The notes under the pieces are model-generated. The model saw nothing but the letters and a program-made list of their open reading frames with translations. It was not told the origin of the DNA and did no database searches. From assembly GCA_030390025.1 (NCBI GenBank), contig CM059431.1:149918001-149982000 (forward strand): a DNA stretch of 64,000 nucleotides. Reading direction: 5' to 3'. Both the position numbers and the translations under genes were made by a program. The stretch comes from Squalus acanthias (Eukaryota). Below, piece after piece: positions 49,921 through 62,879 of the stretch (within the stretch, counting starts at the first letter, position 1; the number at the start of each line of letters is the position of its first letter).

Positions 49921-50849
49921 TCCTTTCCGACTTGGTCTCTGCTTACTGATTTCCCTCCCTTCCAGTCTTTTTTGATTTAACCATTTCAATGCTTTTCCGT
50001 TAAAAATGTCCCACTTCGACCTTACACACTGGGCATTATTCACGACATCTTGCTTCATGATTTCACCTTTTCCAGCCGGGTCCGCCTCCATAGGTTTCGG
50101 GGACACCCGCAAAGCTACAATGTGTGGGACTGATCTAGTTCTGGTACGGCTGGAGGCCGGTTCGTTTTGGCTTGCAGAAATGGTGCAATCAAGGAGGTCG
50201 GTCGCCAGCTCGCGGAATCTATCAGTTGCAAAGCGGCCTGCATCCTCATTGCTGTCATTTCGTCCGACCAAGGCGCAGCCACACAGGCACGGTACTGCCC
50301 TGTTTAGCTCCGCAATCCCTTTCACCCACCGTTGACTCGTAGCAGATCCGATGTTGCCTTCCGAAGTAATCACCGACGTCCGGCGCAGTAAATGCCCGGC
50401 TGTCAGTTGAAGCGCCCTTTACACACTTTCCCTTGCTCGCTCTTGGGCCAGTGCACCGACATAGCATGTGCCAGCGACCGAGCATTCCAACCAGCGATCC
50501 CCGGAGGAAATGGGACACGGAACTCCGGAGCAAAAACAGTTCTGCCATTGATGGGCGGTTTCCACCGCTGGAGGGCAGCCCTCACTGCTTGCACTTTACA
50601 CAAGCCGACTGCGCTCGCTTCCGAGGAGCGGCAGTCGGATCCCTGTGTCGCACCGATTTCGTTGTGGTACCGTTGGGAGCCCTTCTCCTTTTGGACTTGG
50701 TCTCTGATTATTGATTTACCAGGCTTCCAGCCCTTGTTTAGTTAATCATTTCACGGCATTTCAGTGAACCATTTCCCCGGCGATAATGCTCGAGCGATAT
50801 CTTCCGGCGCTAAGCTGCTGAATATTTTCCCCTATGATCCTATGATGTA

Positions 50850-51126
50850 CCTACCATGGACCTGTTTAATGGGACAGTGTAGAGGGAGCTTTACTCTGTA
50901 TCTAACCCGTGTTGTACCTGCCCTGGTTCTGTTTGATGGAAGACATTAGAGGGTGCTTTGCTCTGTATCTAAACCGTGCTGTAGCTTCCATGGGAGAATT
51001 TCATGGGACACTGTAGAGGGAGATTTACTCTGTATTTAACACATGCTTTAACTTCCCTGGGAGTGTATGATGGGAGAGTGTAGAGGGAGCTTTACTCTGT
51101 ATCTAACCCGTGCTGTACCTCGCCCT
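50850..51126. repeat. 67-bp minisatellite (4 units)
   Basis: AGAGGGAGCTTTACTCTGTATCTAACCCGTGCTGTACC at ~50881, 50948, 51014 and 51082. Confidence 0.9.
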
Positions 51127-51129
51127 CCC

Positions 51130-52022
51130 AGATCTAGTCCTCCCACATCTATTCATTCCACAATAATCTTTCCACACCGAGGCATCCCACACCAAGTCCT
51201 CCAACACCTAGTCCTCCCAAATATACTCCTTCTAATCTAGTCCTCCCACACCTAGTCATTGCACAATTAGTCCTTCCACACGGAGTCCTCACACACCGGG
51301 TCATCCAACACCTAGTCCTCGCACACCTCCAGCCGCAGCACCTCGTCCTCCCAAACTTAGTCCTTCCACATCCAGGCGTCCCACAACTAGACTCCCCACA
51401 GCTAGTCCTCCCACAATGTCCTCCCACTTTGCTCTCTGACACCTAGTCCTCCCACAGCTAATGAAACGTCCTAGTCCTGCCATAACCCGTCCTCCTACAC
51501 GTAGTCCTCCCATATTTATTGCTGCCGCATCTTACCCTCCAGATATTTCACCGATATAGTCCTTCCACATCTAGCCTTCCCAAACCTAGTCCTACCACAC
51601 CTAGTCCTCACAAGCCTAATCCTGCCACACCTAGTACTGACACACCTAGCTCTCCCACAACAAGTTCTGGCAAACCTAGGCCGTCCACAAGTAGGCCTTC
51701 CATAACGCATCCTCCCACACCTAGACATCCCACAACTATTCCTCTCACGACTCCTCCTCCCACATCAATCCACCAAAACTTGGTCATCCCACACCTAGTT
51801 CTCCCACATCTAGTCCTCCCAAACCTAGTCCTTCCACAACTAGACCTTCCACACCTAGTCCTCCCACAACTAGTCCTACCACAACCAGTCCTTTCACACC
51901 GAGTCTTCTCATACTTAGTCCTGTCACACCTACCTTCCACAATAAGTCCTTCCGCAACACGTTCTCCAGACATTCTAACACCACAGGTATCCTTCCACAA
52001 CTAGTTCTTCCACACTTAGTCA
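51130..52022. repeat. 15-bp minisatellite (CACCTAGTCCTCCCA)n, left part
   Basis: 15-nt period, which yields the spurious (HLVLP)n and (GRTRC)n ORFs. Confidence 0.93.
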
Positions 52023-52300
52023 TAGATTCATAGAGTCATAGAGTCAAAACGGCACAGAGGGATGCCATTCGGCCCATCGAGTCGGTGCCGGTTCTCTGCA
52101 GAGCAATCCAGTCAGTTCCGTTCCCCCACTTTATCCCCGTATCCCTGCAAGTTTATTTCCCTCAAGTGCCGAACCAGTGTCCCCTTGAAAACATTGAGTC
52201 TCTCCACTTCCACCACTTCCGTCAGCAGCGAATCCAGGTCATCAACATTCGCTGTGTAAAAAGGCTTTCCTCACTGCCCCCCTTTATCTCACAAACCTAA
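52023..52300 (-). mobile_element. CR1 3' end fragment
   Basis: CATAGATTCATAGAGTCATAGAGTC tail; the body is the reverse complement of ~57090-57362. Confidence 0.9.
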
Positions 52301-52380
52301 TCCTCCCATTCGTTTTCCTCCAACACCTATTCATCAGTCACCTTGTGCTCGCACACAAAGCATAAAGCTTTGGAGCAGCG

Positions 52381-52680
52381 GCACTTAGAGCATCGAAAGT
52401 GGAAGCAGCGGTATAAAGAGCGCCGAGAGCGGGAGCAGCAATACAAAGAGCGCCGAGAGCGGGAGCAGTGGTATAAGAGTGCCGAAAGCGGGAGCAGCGA
52501 TAAAAAGAGCGCCGAGAGCGGGAGCAGCGGTACAAAGAGGGCCGAGAGTGGGAGCAGAGATTTAAAGAGCGCCGAGAGCTGGAGCAGTGGTACAGAGAGT
52601 ACCGAGAGCGGGAGCAGCGGTAGAAAGAGCGCCGAGAGCGGGAACAGCGTCATAAAGTCGCCGAGAGCGGGAGCAGCAGT
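52381..52680 (+). repeat. 30-bp CpG-rich tandem repeat (~10 units) at the CR1 5' end
   Basis: GTATAAAGAGCGCCGAGAGCGGGAGCAGCG-type units at 52411, 52441, 52471, 52500 ... 52650. Confidence 0.9.
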
Positions 52681-53265
52681 GTAAGGAGCGGACCTGGTGG
52701 AATAACAGCGAGAGCGAGCAGTTAGAAAGAGCAGTCCAGAGCGGCTGCAACTCAACAGAGGCAGTTTTTCAAATAGTGAAGTCAGATTAAAAAAAGTGAC
52801 ATCGGCTCAAGGGAAGGAGCAGATTGGTGAGTCTATTTTTTTTAGCTTATAAGTATACATCTGCTAAGTTAGTTAATAGCCTATTAAATCGATGGGAAGA
52901 GCTGATTAGTGAGTAGCTGGGGATTGTGTTTTGTTAAGTTTTAAGTTTATTTCTGCTGGGTTAGTTTTTAGCCTATTACAGCTCAGTTCCGTGGACTGCA
53001 TATCCTGTGCCATGTGGGTTGTCCTGGATGCTTCGTGTAGCCTGAATGAACACATGTGCGAGAAGTGTCGCCAGCGACAGCAGCTCGAACTCAGGTGAAT
53101 CTGTGACTCTTAAAGTTACGTGGATAGCACGTTTCTAGATGTGGTCACCCCACAGCTTAAGAGTATGCAAGCACAGAATGAATGGGTGACCACCAGATAG
53201 AAGAGGAGGACCAGGCAGATAGTGCAGGAGTCCCTGGAGTGCTACGCATTCTCCAACCAATATTC

Positions 53266-53898
53266 TTGCTTTTGTGGTATATATCAATGATCTAGACTTG
53301 ACAATAGCGGGTATGATTAAGAAGTTTGCAGATTATATTAAAATCGGCTGTGTTGTTGATCCTGAAGTAGGAAGCTGCAGACTGCAGGAACATATCAATA
53401 ATTTGGTCAGGTGGGCAGAACAGTGGCAAATGGAATTCAATCCTGAGAAGTGTGAGGTACTGCATTTGGGGAGGGCTAACAAAGAATTGGAATACACATC
53501 AATTGGTAAAACACTATATAGTGAAAAGGAATAAAGGGACCTTGAAGTGCAAGTCCACAGATCCCTGAAGGTAGCAGGCCAGGTAGATAACGGTCAAAAA
53601 CCAGGGGGCACAGATTTAAAGTAATTGGTGGAAGGTTTAGAGTGAATTTGAGGGGAGATTTCTTCACCCAGAGGGTTGTGGGGGTCTGGAACTCACTGCC
53701 TGAAAGGGTGGTAGAGGCAGGAACCCTAAACATATTGAAAAAGTACTTGGATGTTCACTTAGGACGCTCTTACCTGCAGGGCTACGGACCAAGAGCTGGG
53801 AAGTGGGATTAGGCTGGATAGCTTTGTGTTGGCTGGCGCGGACACAATGACCGAAATGTCCTCCTTCCGTGCTGTACATTTTTAGGATTCTTTGATTC
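53266..53898 (+). mobile_element. Nested 5'-truncated CR1 with internal deletion, inside ORF1 of the older CR1
   Basis: VYINDLD..KKFAD..WAEQWQMEFNPEKC, a jump at ~53590 to the TRGHRFK region, tail GATTCTTTGATTCT. Confidence 0.88.
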
Positions 53899-56800
53899 TC
53901 CCTGGTGCCAGGGTCAAGAATGACATGGAGTGGCTGCAGGACACTTTGTGAGGGAAGTGGGAACAGCCAAAGGTCGCTGGCCATATCGGTAGCAACGACA
54001 TAGGCAGAAAGAGGGATGAGTTTCTGCAGGCAGAATTTAGGGAGCTCGGAGAGAGATTAAAAATCAGGACCTCAAAGGTAGTAATCTCCGGATTACTCCT
54101 GGTGCCACGTGCTAAGGAGTACAGGAATAGCAGGATAGAGCAGATGAATGCGTGCCTGGAGAGATGGTGCAGGAAGGAGGGCTTTAGATTCCTGAGGCAT
54201 TACGACCATTTCTGGGGAAGTTGGGATCTGTACAATCCGGAAGGCTTACAACTTAACAGAGTGGTGACCATAATTCTCGCGGGGCGGATTGTTTGTGCTG
54301 TTGGGGAGAGTTTATGTAGCTTGGCAGGGGGATGGGAAACAGCATATACGATAAGAAAAGAGGAATAAGGTGTATAAAAGTGTGATTGTTTTGCATAGTA
54401 CTAGAGAAGATAGGACTCGAGGCGTTTTTAGTTCCATATTAGATAGGGGCAGACTAAGAAATGCTACGAAAAATTCAGAACTGGGTTTAGAGTGCATGTA
54501 CGGAAACAAACAAAGTATGGTGAATAAGGTTGGTGAGCTACAAGCACAATTAGCCTTGTGGCAATTTGATGTTGTGGCAATAACGGCAAGGTGGCATAAA
54601 ATCGGTGAGGACTGGGCACTTAATATCCAAAGGAACATGGTGTTCATAAAAGATAGGGATGGAAAAAAGGGAGGTGGGGCGGCAGTGCAGATTGAGGAAG
54701 ACGTTGTAGTGTTGGAAAAGTAAATTGTTCTTGAGGGGACATAATTCATTTGATTAGAGCTGAGGAGCAAAAAGGTGTGATCACACTATTTGGGGTATTC
54801 TATAGGCCTCCAAATAGTGAGGGGTAGGTAGAGCAGCAAATCTGCAGGGAAATCGCAGCGATATGTAAGAGCTATAAAATGGTGATATTGGAGGACATTA
54901 ATTACCCAAATATCGATTGGGATAATGCTAGGGTAAAGGGAAAGGAGTGGTGGAATTTCTGAAATGTGTTCAGGAAAATTTCCTTTATCAATATGTTCTT
55001 GGCCCAACTAGGAAAGAGGAATTGCTGGATCTGGTGCAGGGGAATGAGGTGGGCCAGGTCGACCAAGTGTTTGTGAGAGAACAATTGGGTAAGAGTGATC
55101 ATCGTATAATAAGTTTTAGATTAGCAATGGAGAGGAGCAAGGAACAATCTAGAGTCGACCTTCAAAACTGGAATAGGGCTAACTTCAATGGGATGTGAAA
55201 GGATCTAGCCAGGGTAAAATGGAAGCAAAGACTGTCAGGGAAATCTGTCACGGAACAATCGGTGATCTTTAAGGAGATGTACCAAGTACAGGCTAGGTAC
55301 ATTCCAACAAGTGGTATGGGTAAATTAACCAAAGCAAGGGCGCCTTGGATGATGAGGGAGATAGAGCAGATGATGAAACAAAAAAAGAGGGTTTATGATG
55401 CATGTCAGGTGAATTCTTCACAGGAGAAACAGACCAAATACAATAAGTTGAGAGGGGATGTGAAGATGAAAATAAGATTGGCAAAGAGAGAAAATGCAAG
55501 TAGAAATGCGATAAACATAAAACGGAAGCCCAACATCTTCTAACGGCATGTAAACAGTAAGCATGTAGTAAGAGGCGGGGTGGGGCCTATTAGAGATAAA
55601 GAAGGTGATGTATGCTTAGAGGTGCAGGGCAAGGCTAGAATACTCAATGAGTACTTTGTATCGGTGTTTACTAAGGAGGTGGATGCTGACAAAATATTGT
55701 CAGAAGTGGAAGAGTTAGAAGCAATGGAAGGGGTGAAAATCGACAGACAGGATGTACTATAAAGGCTGGCTGATCTTAGAGTGGCCAAGTCGCCTATTCA
55801 GATGGCTTGCATCGCAGGTTGCTAAGGAAATTGGGGAGGAGATTGCGGAAGGGCTTGCCATAATTTTCCCATCATCTCTAGATGCGGGGGCGGTGCCTGA
55901 GGATTGAATGTGGCAAATGTGACACCATTGTTCAAGAACGGGTGTAAGGATAATCCTAGTAACTATAGGCCGGCCGGTTAATATCAGTGGTGGGAAAAGT
56001 TTCAGAAACAATAATGAAGAAAAACATTTACGGACACTTGGAGTGGTTTAAGCAAATTGAGGAGAGCCAACATGGATTTGTAAAATGCACATCGTGTTTG
56101 ACTAATTTGATTTCATTTCTTTATGAAATATCAGTGTTGATTGATGAAGGGAATGCAATGGATGTTGTCTCCATGGATTTCCAGAAGCCGTTTGACAAAG
56201 TACCACATAGAAGGCAAGTTAACAAAATGGAGGCTCATGGAATAGGTGTGTCAGTGGCAGTGTGGTAAAGGAACTGATTAAGGACAGAAAACAGCGAGTG
56301 GTAGTAAATGGCTGTTTTTCAGAATGGAGGATGTTAGACAGTGGTGTTCTCCACCGCTCAGTGCTGGGGCCACTGCATCTTTTGATATATATATTTGATC
56401 GTATATTGGAATACGGAGTAGCCTTTCTAAATTTGCCGATGACACCACATTGGGGATTTGGCAAACAGTGATGATGATATCAATCGACTGGAATATGATA
56501 TAGAAAGGCTAGCAGAAAGGACAGACAAGTGGCAGATGGAATTTAACACAGAGAAGTGTGAGATGATGCATTTTGACAGAAGGTACAGGAAGAGGAAATA
56601 TACATTTAATGAAACAGTTTTAAATAATGTCTAGGGACAGAGGGACCTTTGAGTTAATGTGCACAGGTCCCTGAAGGTGGCAGGTCATATTGAGAGAATG
56701 GTTAACAAAACATATGGGATCTTGGGCATCATAAATAGAGGTTATTGAATACAAAAGTAGAGAAGTTATGCTGAACAGTTATAAAGCGCTGGTTAGGCCA

Positions 56801-57364
56801 CAGCTGGAGTAGTGCGTCCAGTTCTGATCACCACACTTTAGTAAGGATCTGAAGGCCCTTGAGAGTGTGCAGCGTAGATTTACCGGAATGGTTCCGGGGA
56901 TGGGCGATCTTAGCTACAAGAACAGGTTGGAGAAGCTGGATCTGTTTTCATTATAGCAAAGGAGGTTGAAGGGTGATTTGATATGTGTGTAAAAGGTAAT
57001 GACGGGTTTGGATAGGCAAGACGGTGAAAGGCTGTCCCACTAATTGACGGTAAATGGACTACGGGACACAGATTTTAGTTTTAATGCAAGAGATACAGGT
57101 GAGAATGTGAGGAAATATTTTTACGCAGCGAGTGCTGATGACCTGGAATTCGCTGCAGACGGAACTGGTGGAAATGGAGACATTCAATATTTTCAAGGGG
57201 AGACTGGATAGGCACTTGAGGGAAATAAAACTGCAGGGCTGCGGAGATAGAGCGGGGAATGGGACTGACTGGATTGCTCTAAAGAGAGCCGGCATGGACT
57301 CGATGGTGCGATGGCTTCCTTCTCTGCCGTTATGATTCCATGACTATGATTCTATGACTATGAA

Positions 57365-59025
57365 ATAGTCCTCCCAAACCCAGTCCTCCCATTGCTAGTC
57401 TTCCCAATCATAAAACCTTCCAAACCTAATTCCCACCACCTCTACCTCACACATCTTGACCTCCCACACCTATTCCTCCCACACCTAATCCTCCCAAATC
57501 TCGTCCTCCAACACTTACTTCTCCCACAACTATTCCATCCACATTTAGACCGCGCACATCTTGTCCTCCAACACCTAGTACTCCCAAACCTAGTCCTCCC
57601 AAACCTAGTCCTCCCACACTTAGTCCTCCCATTCGTTGTCCTCCACAGGTGGTCACCCACACCTCGTCCACCCAAATAAAACTCCCACGTAGTCCTCACA
57701 ACCCAAGTCATCCTCCACCTAGTCGTCACGCAACTCGTTCCTCCCACACCTGGAGCAGCCACACCCCATATTCCCACACCTAGTCCTTCCACACCTATTC
57801 CTCCCACACCTAGTAATCCCATAACTAGACCGTCTATATCTAGTCCTCCCACATATAGTGGTCGCCAACCTAGTCCTGCCACATCTAGCCCTCCAACACC
57901 TAATTATCCCACATCTCCTCCTCAACACTTAGACCTCCAAAACCTCTTCGTTTCACACCGAGTACTTCCCACAATTAGTTCACGCAAACCAAATCCTCCC
58001 ACACCTAGTCCTTCCTCAATCAGTCCTTCCTCACCAATCCTTCCATAACAATACTCCAACACCAAGGTCTCCCACACCTAGACATCGCACATCTTGTCCT
58101 CCCACACTTAGTCCTCCCACACCTCGTCCTCGCACATCTCGTCCTCTCACACCTCCTGGTCCAAGTCCAACACCTATTGTTCCCACACACAGTCATCCCA
58201 CACCCAGTCCACACAAGCCTAGTCCTCCAACACCTCGTCTTCCCAGACCTAGTGCTCCCATACCAAGTATTTCAAGAGCTTGTCCTCCGACACCTAGTCA
58301 TCCCACACCTAATCCTCCCAAACCTATACCTCAAACATCTTGTCTTTCCACACCTTGCCTCCCACACATTGTCTTCCCGCACCTAGTCCTCCCGCAACTC
58401 CTCCTTCAATAACTAGTCCTCTCACAACCAATCCTCCCTCACCTTGTCCACACACGACTAGTGCGCAAAGAACGCCTCCTCCAACACCTAGATCTCCCAC
58501 ACATCCTCCTCCAACATCTAGCCCACCCACACCCAGTCCTCCCGCACCAAGTCCACACAAGCCGAGTCCTCCCAAACCTAGTCCACCCACACCTTGTCTT
58601 CCCAAACGTAGTGCTCACACACCTTCTCGTCCAACACCTAGTGCTCCCACACCTCCTCGTCCAACACCTAGTGTTCTAACAACCTGTCATCCTGCACGCA
58701 GGCCACAAAGCCTAGTCCTCTCACACCTAACTCACCCACATCGTGCCCTCCCACATATAGTCCTCCCGCACCATATCCGCCCACACGTGTACCTCACACA
58801 TCTTGTCTTTTCACATCTTGTCCTCCCACACATGGCCCTCCCGCAACTAGTACTACCAGAGTTAGTCCTCCCACACATAGTTCTCCCACAACCAGTCCTC
58901 CCGCAGCTCCTCTTCCAACACCTAGTCCTCCCACTCCCAGTCCTCCCGCACCGAGTCCACACAAGCGTAGACCCCCCACACCTTGACCTCCCACACCGCC
59001 TCCACCAAAACCTAGTCGCCCCATA
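57365..59025. repeat. 15-bp minisatellite (CACCTAGTCCTCCCA)n, right part
   Basis: Same unit and orientation as 51130-52022. Confidence 0.93.
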
Positions 59026-59039
59026 ACAATTCTCCCCCA

Positions 59040-59750
59040 CCGAGAGAGACAGATACAGAGAGAGAGAGAGAGAGAGAGAGACAGGGAGAGAGAGACAGAC
59101 AGATACAGAGAGAGAGACAGACAGATGCTGATATAGAGACAGATAAAGAGAGAGAGTGACAGATACATAGAAAGAGTGCGAGACTGATAGAGAGAGAGAG
59201 AGAGAGAGAGGGAAAGATCCAGAGAGCGAGAGAGAGAGTCAGAGAGAAAGAGAGGGAGAGACAGATACAGAGAGAGAGAGAGACAGGAACATGGAGTGAG
59301 CGAGAAAGTTACAGAGCGAGAGACAGATACACAGAGAGAGTGACAAAGAGAGATACACTAAGAGGGAGACATATAAAAAGAGAGAGAGAGAGACTGATAC
59401 AGACAGAGACAGATGCAGAGAGAAAGAGAGAGATAGATGCAGAGAGAGAGAGATACAGAGAGGTAGAGAGATACAGAGAGAGAGAGATAAACAGAGAGGG
59501 AGAAACAGAAACACAGAAACAGAGAGTGAGCGAGACAGATTCAGCGTGAGAGAGAGCGATACAGAGAGCGAGAGACAGGTACAGAGACTTACATGCAGAG
59601 GGAGAGTTACAGAGAGAGAGAGTGAGATACAGCGAGAGAGAGGGAGACTGATAGAGTGAGAGAGAAATATACAGAGAGAGGTAGATACGGAGACGGTGAT
59701 ACAGAGAGAGGGAGAAACAGAAACACAGAAACAGAGAGCGAACGAGACAG
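59040..59750. repeat. GA-rich microsatellite (GAGACAGATACAGA)
   Basis: Low complexity. Confidence 0.95.
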
Positions 59751-60612
59751 ATTTTGTCTACAGTACATTCGGTCCCTTCATCCAAATCATTAATATAGAT
59801 TGCAAATAGTTGAGGCCCCAGCACTGAACCCTATGGCACCTCACTAGTTATTGGTTGCCAACCGGAAAATGAACGATTTATCCCGACTCTCTGTTTTCTG
59901 TTTCTTAGCCAATCCCCTATCCATGTCAAAATATGAACACCAACCCCGTGCGCTCTTATCTTGTGCAGCAACCATTTATGTGGCACCTTATCGAATGCCT
60001 TCTGGAAATCCAGATACAAAACATCTACTGGTTCCCCTTTATCCACCCTGTTTGCTACATCCTCAAAGAACTCTAGCAAATTTGTGAAACACGATTTCCC
60101 TTTCATAAAACCATGTTGACTCTGCTTGATTGCATTATGATTTTCTAAGTGTCCTGCTATTACATCCTTAATAATGGATTCCAGCATTTTCCCAATGACA
60201 GATGTTAGGCTAACTGGCCAAGAGTTTCCTACTTTCTGTCTCCCTCCTTTCTTGAATAGTGGCGTTACATTTGCGGTTTTCTGATCCGCTGGGACCTGTC
60301 CAGAATACAGGCAATTTTGGAAGATTACAACCAACGCATCCACTATCTCTACAGCCACTTATTTTAAGACCCTAGGATGCAAGCCATCAGATCCAGGGGA
60401 CTTGTCGGCCTTTAGCCCCATTAATTTGCCTAGTAATTTTTATCTAGTGTTAGAGTTGGTTTTAAGTTCCTCCCACCCGATTGCCCCTTGATTATCTATT
60501 ATTATTGAGATGTTTTTAGTATTTTCTACCGTGAAGATCGATCCAAAATAATTGTTTAATGTCTCTGCCATTTCTCTATTTCCCATTATTAATTCCCAGT
60601 TTCATCCTCTAA
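59751..60612 (-). mobile_element. CR1 RT internal fragment
   Basis: [45 protein letters not shown], with a stop in the PQGS motif. Confidence 0.93.
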
Positions 60613-62460
60613 GAGAGAGAGAGAGAGAGAGATAGATACAGAGATACAGAGAGAGACAGAGATACAGAAAGAGATACAGAGAGACAGAGAGAGATACAGA
60701 GAGACAGAAATACAGCGAGAGACAGAGATACGGAGAGAGATACAGAGAGACAGAGATACAGAGAGAGACAGAGATACAGAGAGAGATACAGAGCGACAGA
60801 GAGAGAGATACAGAGAGAGACAGAGATACAGAGAGAGACAGAGATACAGAGAGAGACAGAGATACAGAGAGAGAGAGACAGACAGAGAGAGAGATACAGA
60901 GAGAGATACAGAGAGAGAGAGAGAGACAGAGAGAGATACAGAGAGAGAGAGATAAAGAGAGAGATACAGAGAGAGAGAGATACAGAGAGAGATACAGAGA
61001 GAGAGATACATAGAGAGAGAGATACAGACAGCGAGAGATACAGAGAGCGATACAGAGAGAGAGAGAGATACAGAGAGAGATACAGAGAGACAGAGATACT
61101 GACAGAGATACAGAGAGGGAGAGACACAGAGAGAGATATAGAGAGACAGAGATACAGAGAGAGACAGAGATACAGACAGAGAGAGAGATACAGACAGAGA
61201 TACAGAGATACAGAGAGAGAGAGAGAGAGATACAGAGAGTGAGATAGAGAGATAAAGATACAGAGGGGGAGAGAGAGAGATACAGACAGAGAGTGAGATA
61301 CAGAGAGAGAGAGAGAGACAGAGAGAGACAAAGATACAGAGAGAGAGAGAGAGAGAGATACAGAGAGACAGAGAGACAGAGAGAGACAGAGATACAGAGA
61401 GGGAGATACAGACAGAGAGAGAGAGATACAGAGAGAGAGAGATACAGATGAGAGTGAGAGAAAGACAGAGATACAGAGTGAGAGATACAGACAGAGAGAG
61501 ATACAGAGAGAGAGACAGAGATACAGAGTGAGAGATACAGACAGAGAGATAGATACAGAGAGAGAGACAGAGATACAGAGAGAAACAGAGAGAGAGATAC
61601 AGACAGAGAGATACATATAGAGAGAGATACAGAGAGAGAGACAGAGATACAGAGAGAGAGATACAGAGAGAGACAGAGATACAGACAGAGAGAGAGCGAG
61701 AGATACAGAGAGAGATGCAGAGAGAGAAAGAGAGATACAGAGAGAGATACAGAGAGAGAGAGATACAGCGAGAGATACAGAGAGACAGAGAGAGAGAGAC
61801 AGAGAGAGAGAGAGAGATACAGACAGACTCAGATACAGAGAGAGATGCAGAGAGAGAGATACAGAGAGAGATACAGAGAGACAGAGATACAGACAGAGAT
61901 ACAGAGAGAGAGACACACAGAGAGAGATACAGAGAGACAGAGATACAGAGAGAGACAGAGATACAGACAGACAGAGAGATACAGAAAGAGAGAGATCAAG
62001 AGAGACAGAGATACAGACAGAGATACAGAGAGAGAGAGAGATACAGAGAGAGATACAGAGAGACAGAGATACAGAGAGAGACAGAGATAGAGAGAGAGAG
62101 ATACAGAGAGAGAGAGATACAGAGAGAGATACAGAGAAATACAGAGATACAGAGAGAAACAGAGATACAGACAGAGATAGAGATAACGACAGAGAGAGAG
62201 ATACAGACAGAGAGAGAGATACAGAGAGAGAGAGAGAGAGATAGAGAGAGAGTTACAGACAGAGAGAGATACAGACATGGAGAAAGATACACAGAGAGAG
62301 AGAGAAACAGAGACAGAGAGAGATACAGAAAGAGATAGAGGGATACAGAGATAGATAGTGAGAGAGACAGAGAGAGAGAGAGACAAATAGAGAGAGAGTG
62401 AGAGACAGCTAAAGAGAGCGAAATACAGAGAGAGAGAGGGAGAGAGAGCGAGAGAGACAG
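60613..62460. repeat. (GA)n-GATACA-GACA microsatellite
   Basis: GAGAGATACAGAGAGAGACA repeated over ~1.85 kb. Confidence 0.96.
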
Positions 62461-62559
62461 AGGCGGTAATGATTTATGAAGACTATCAGCAAGCTGCTTC
62501 ATTTCAGTCAGAGTTGCAAACACCAACAGCTGCTCTGTGAAAAGTGGCCAGTGGATTTC

Positions 62560-62772
62560 GCCGGCGAACTTGATGCCGCGGGTGATTGACAGCCGCACCA
62601 GCCAATCGAATGCGGACCGATCTTGAAGGGCAGCCAATGGGATTTGCGATGAGCGGTGCACAGCCCAGTGACTGTCAGGTCGGACCGGGAGCGAATGTTT
62701 TGGAAGCTTCTGGGACAGGAACCAAACTGCAACTGTAAATGTTGCTGATTTTGTGGGGATTTATTGGTGAGG
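62560..62772 (+). promoter_or_regulatory. Candidate Pol II promoter / first exon: CpG-rich, two CCAAT boxes 32 bp apart, splice donor
   Basis: CAGCCAATCG (CCAAT 62602-62606), CAGCCAATGG (62634-62638), TTG|GTGAGG at 62766/62767. Confidence 0.5.
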
Positions 62773-62879
62773 CGCGTTGTGCATATTTAAAAAAAATATT
62801 AATTGCAGAGCTGTCATGATGGATTCTTCTCTACGGTGACAATTTAGAAATAGAAAGTGGTGAGAATGTGAAACGGACC

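Larger units (their letters stand above)
52370..57362 (+). mobile_element. Old, near full-length CR1 LINE (5' UTR, ORF1 and ORF2 relics, 3' tail)
   Basis: CISC..CEKC zinc finger at ~52995-53070, esterase relic 53900-54320, endonuclease/RT relics with many stops, tail ATGACTATGATTCTATGACTA. Confidence 0.9.

Noticed and set aside
49795..50373. 192-aa minus-strand ORF
   Set aside because: No recognisable domain, non-ATG start, and its C-terminus is the 24-bp repeat.
52343..52684. (KSAESGSSG)n repeat protein
   Set aside because: Translation of the 30-bp repeat; a 29-bp unit shifts the peptide register.
58340..59026. Extensin/mucin-like or (HLVLP)n / (GRTRC)n proteins, also at 51149-52023
   Set aside because: Translations of a 15-bp minisatellite; the frames switch and one frame is full of TAG.
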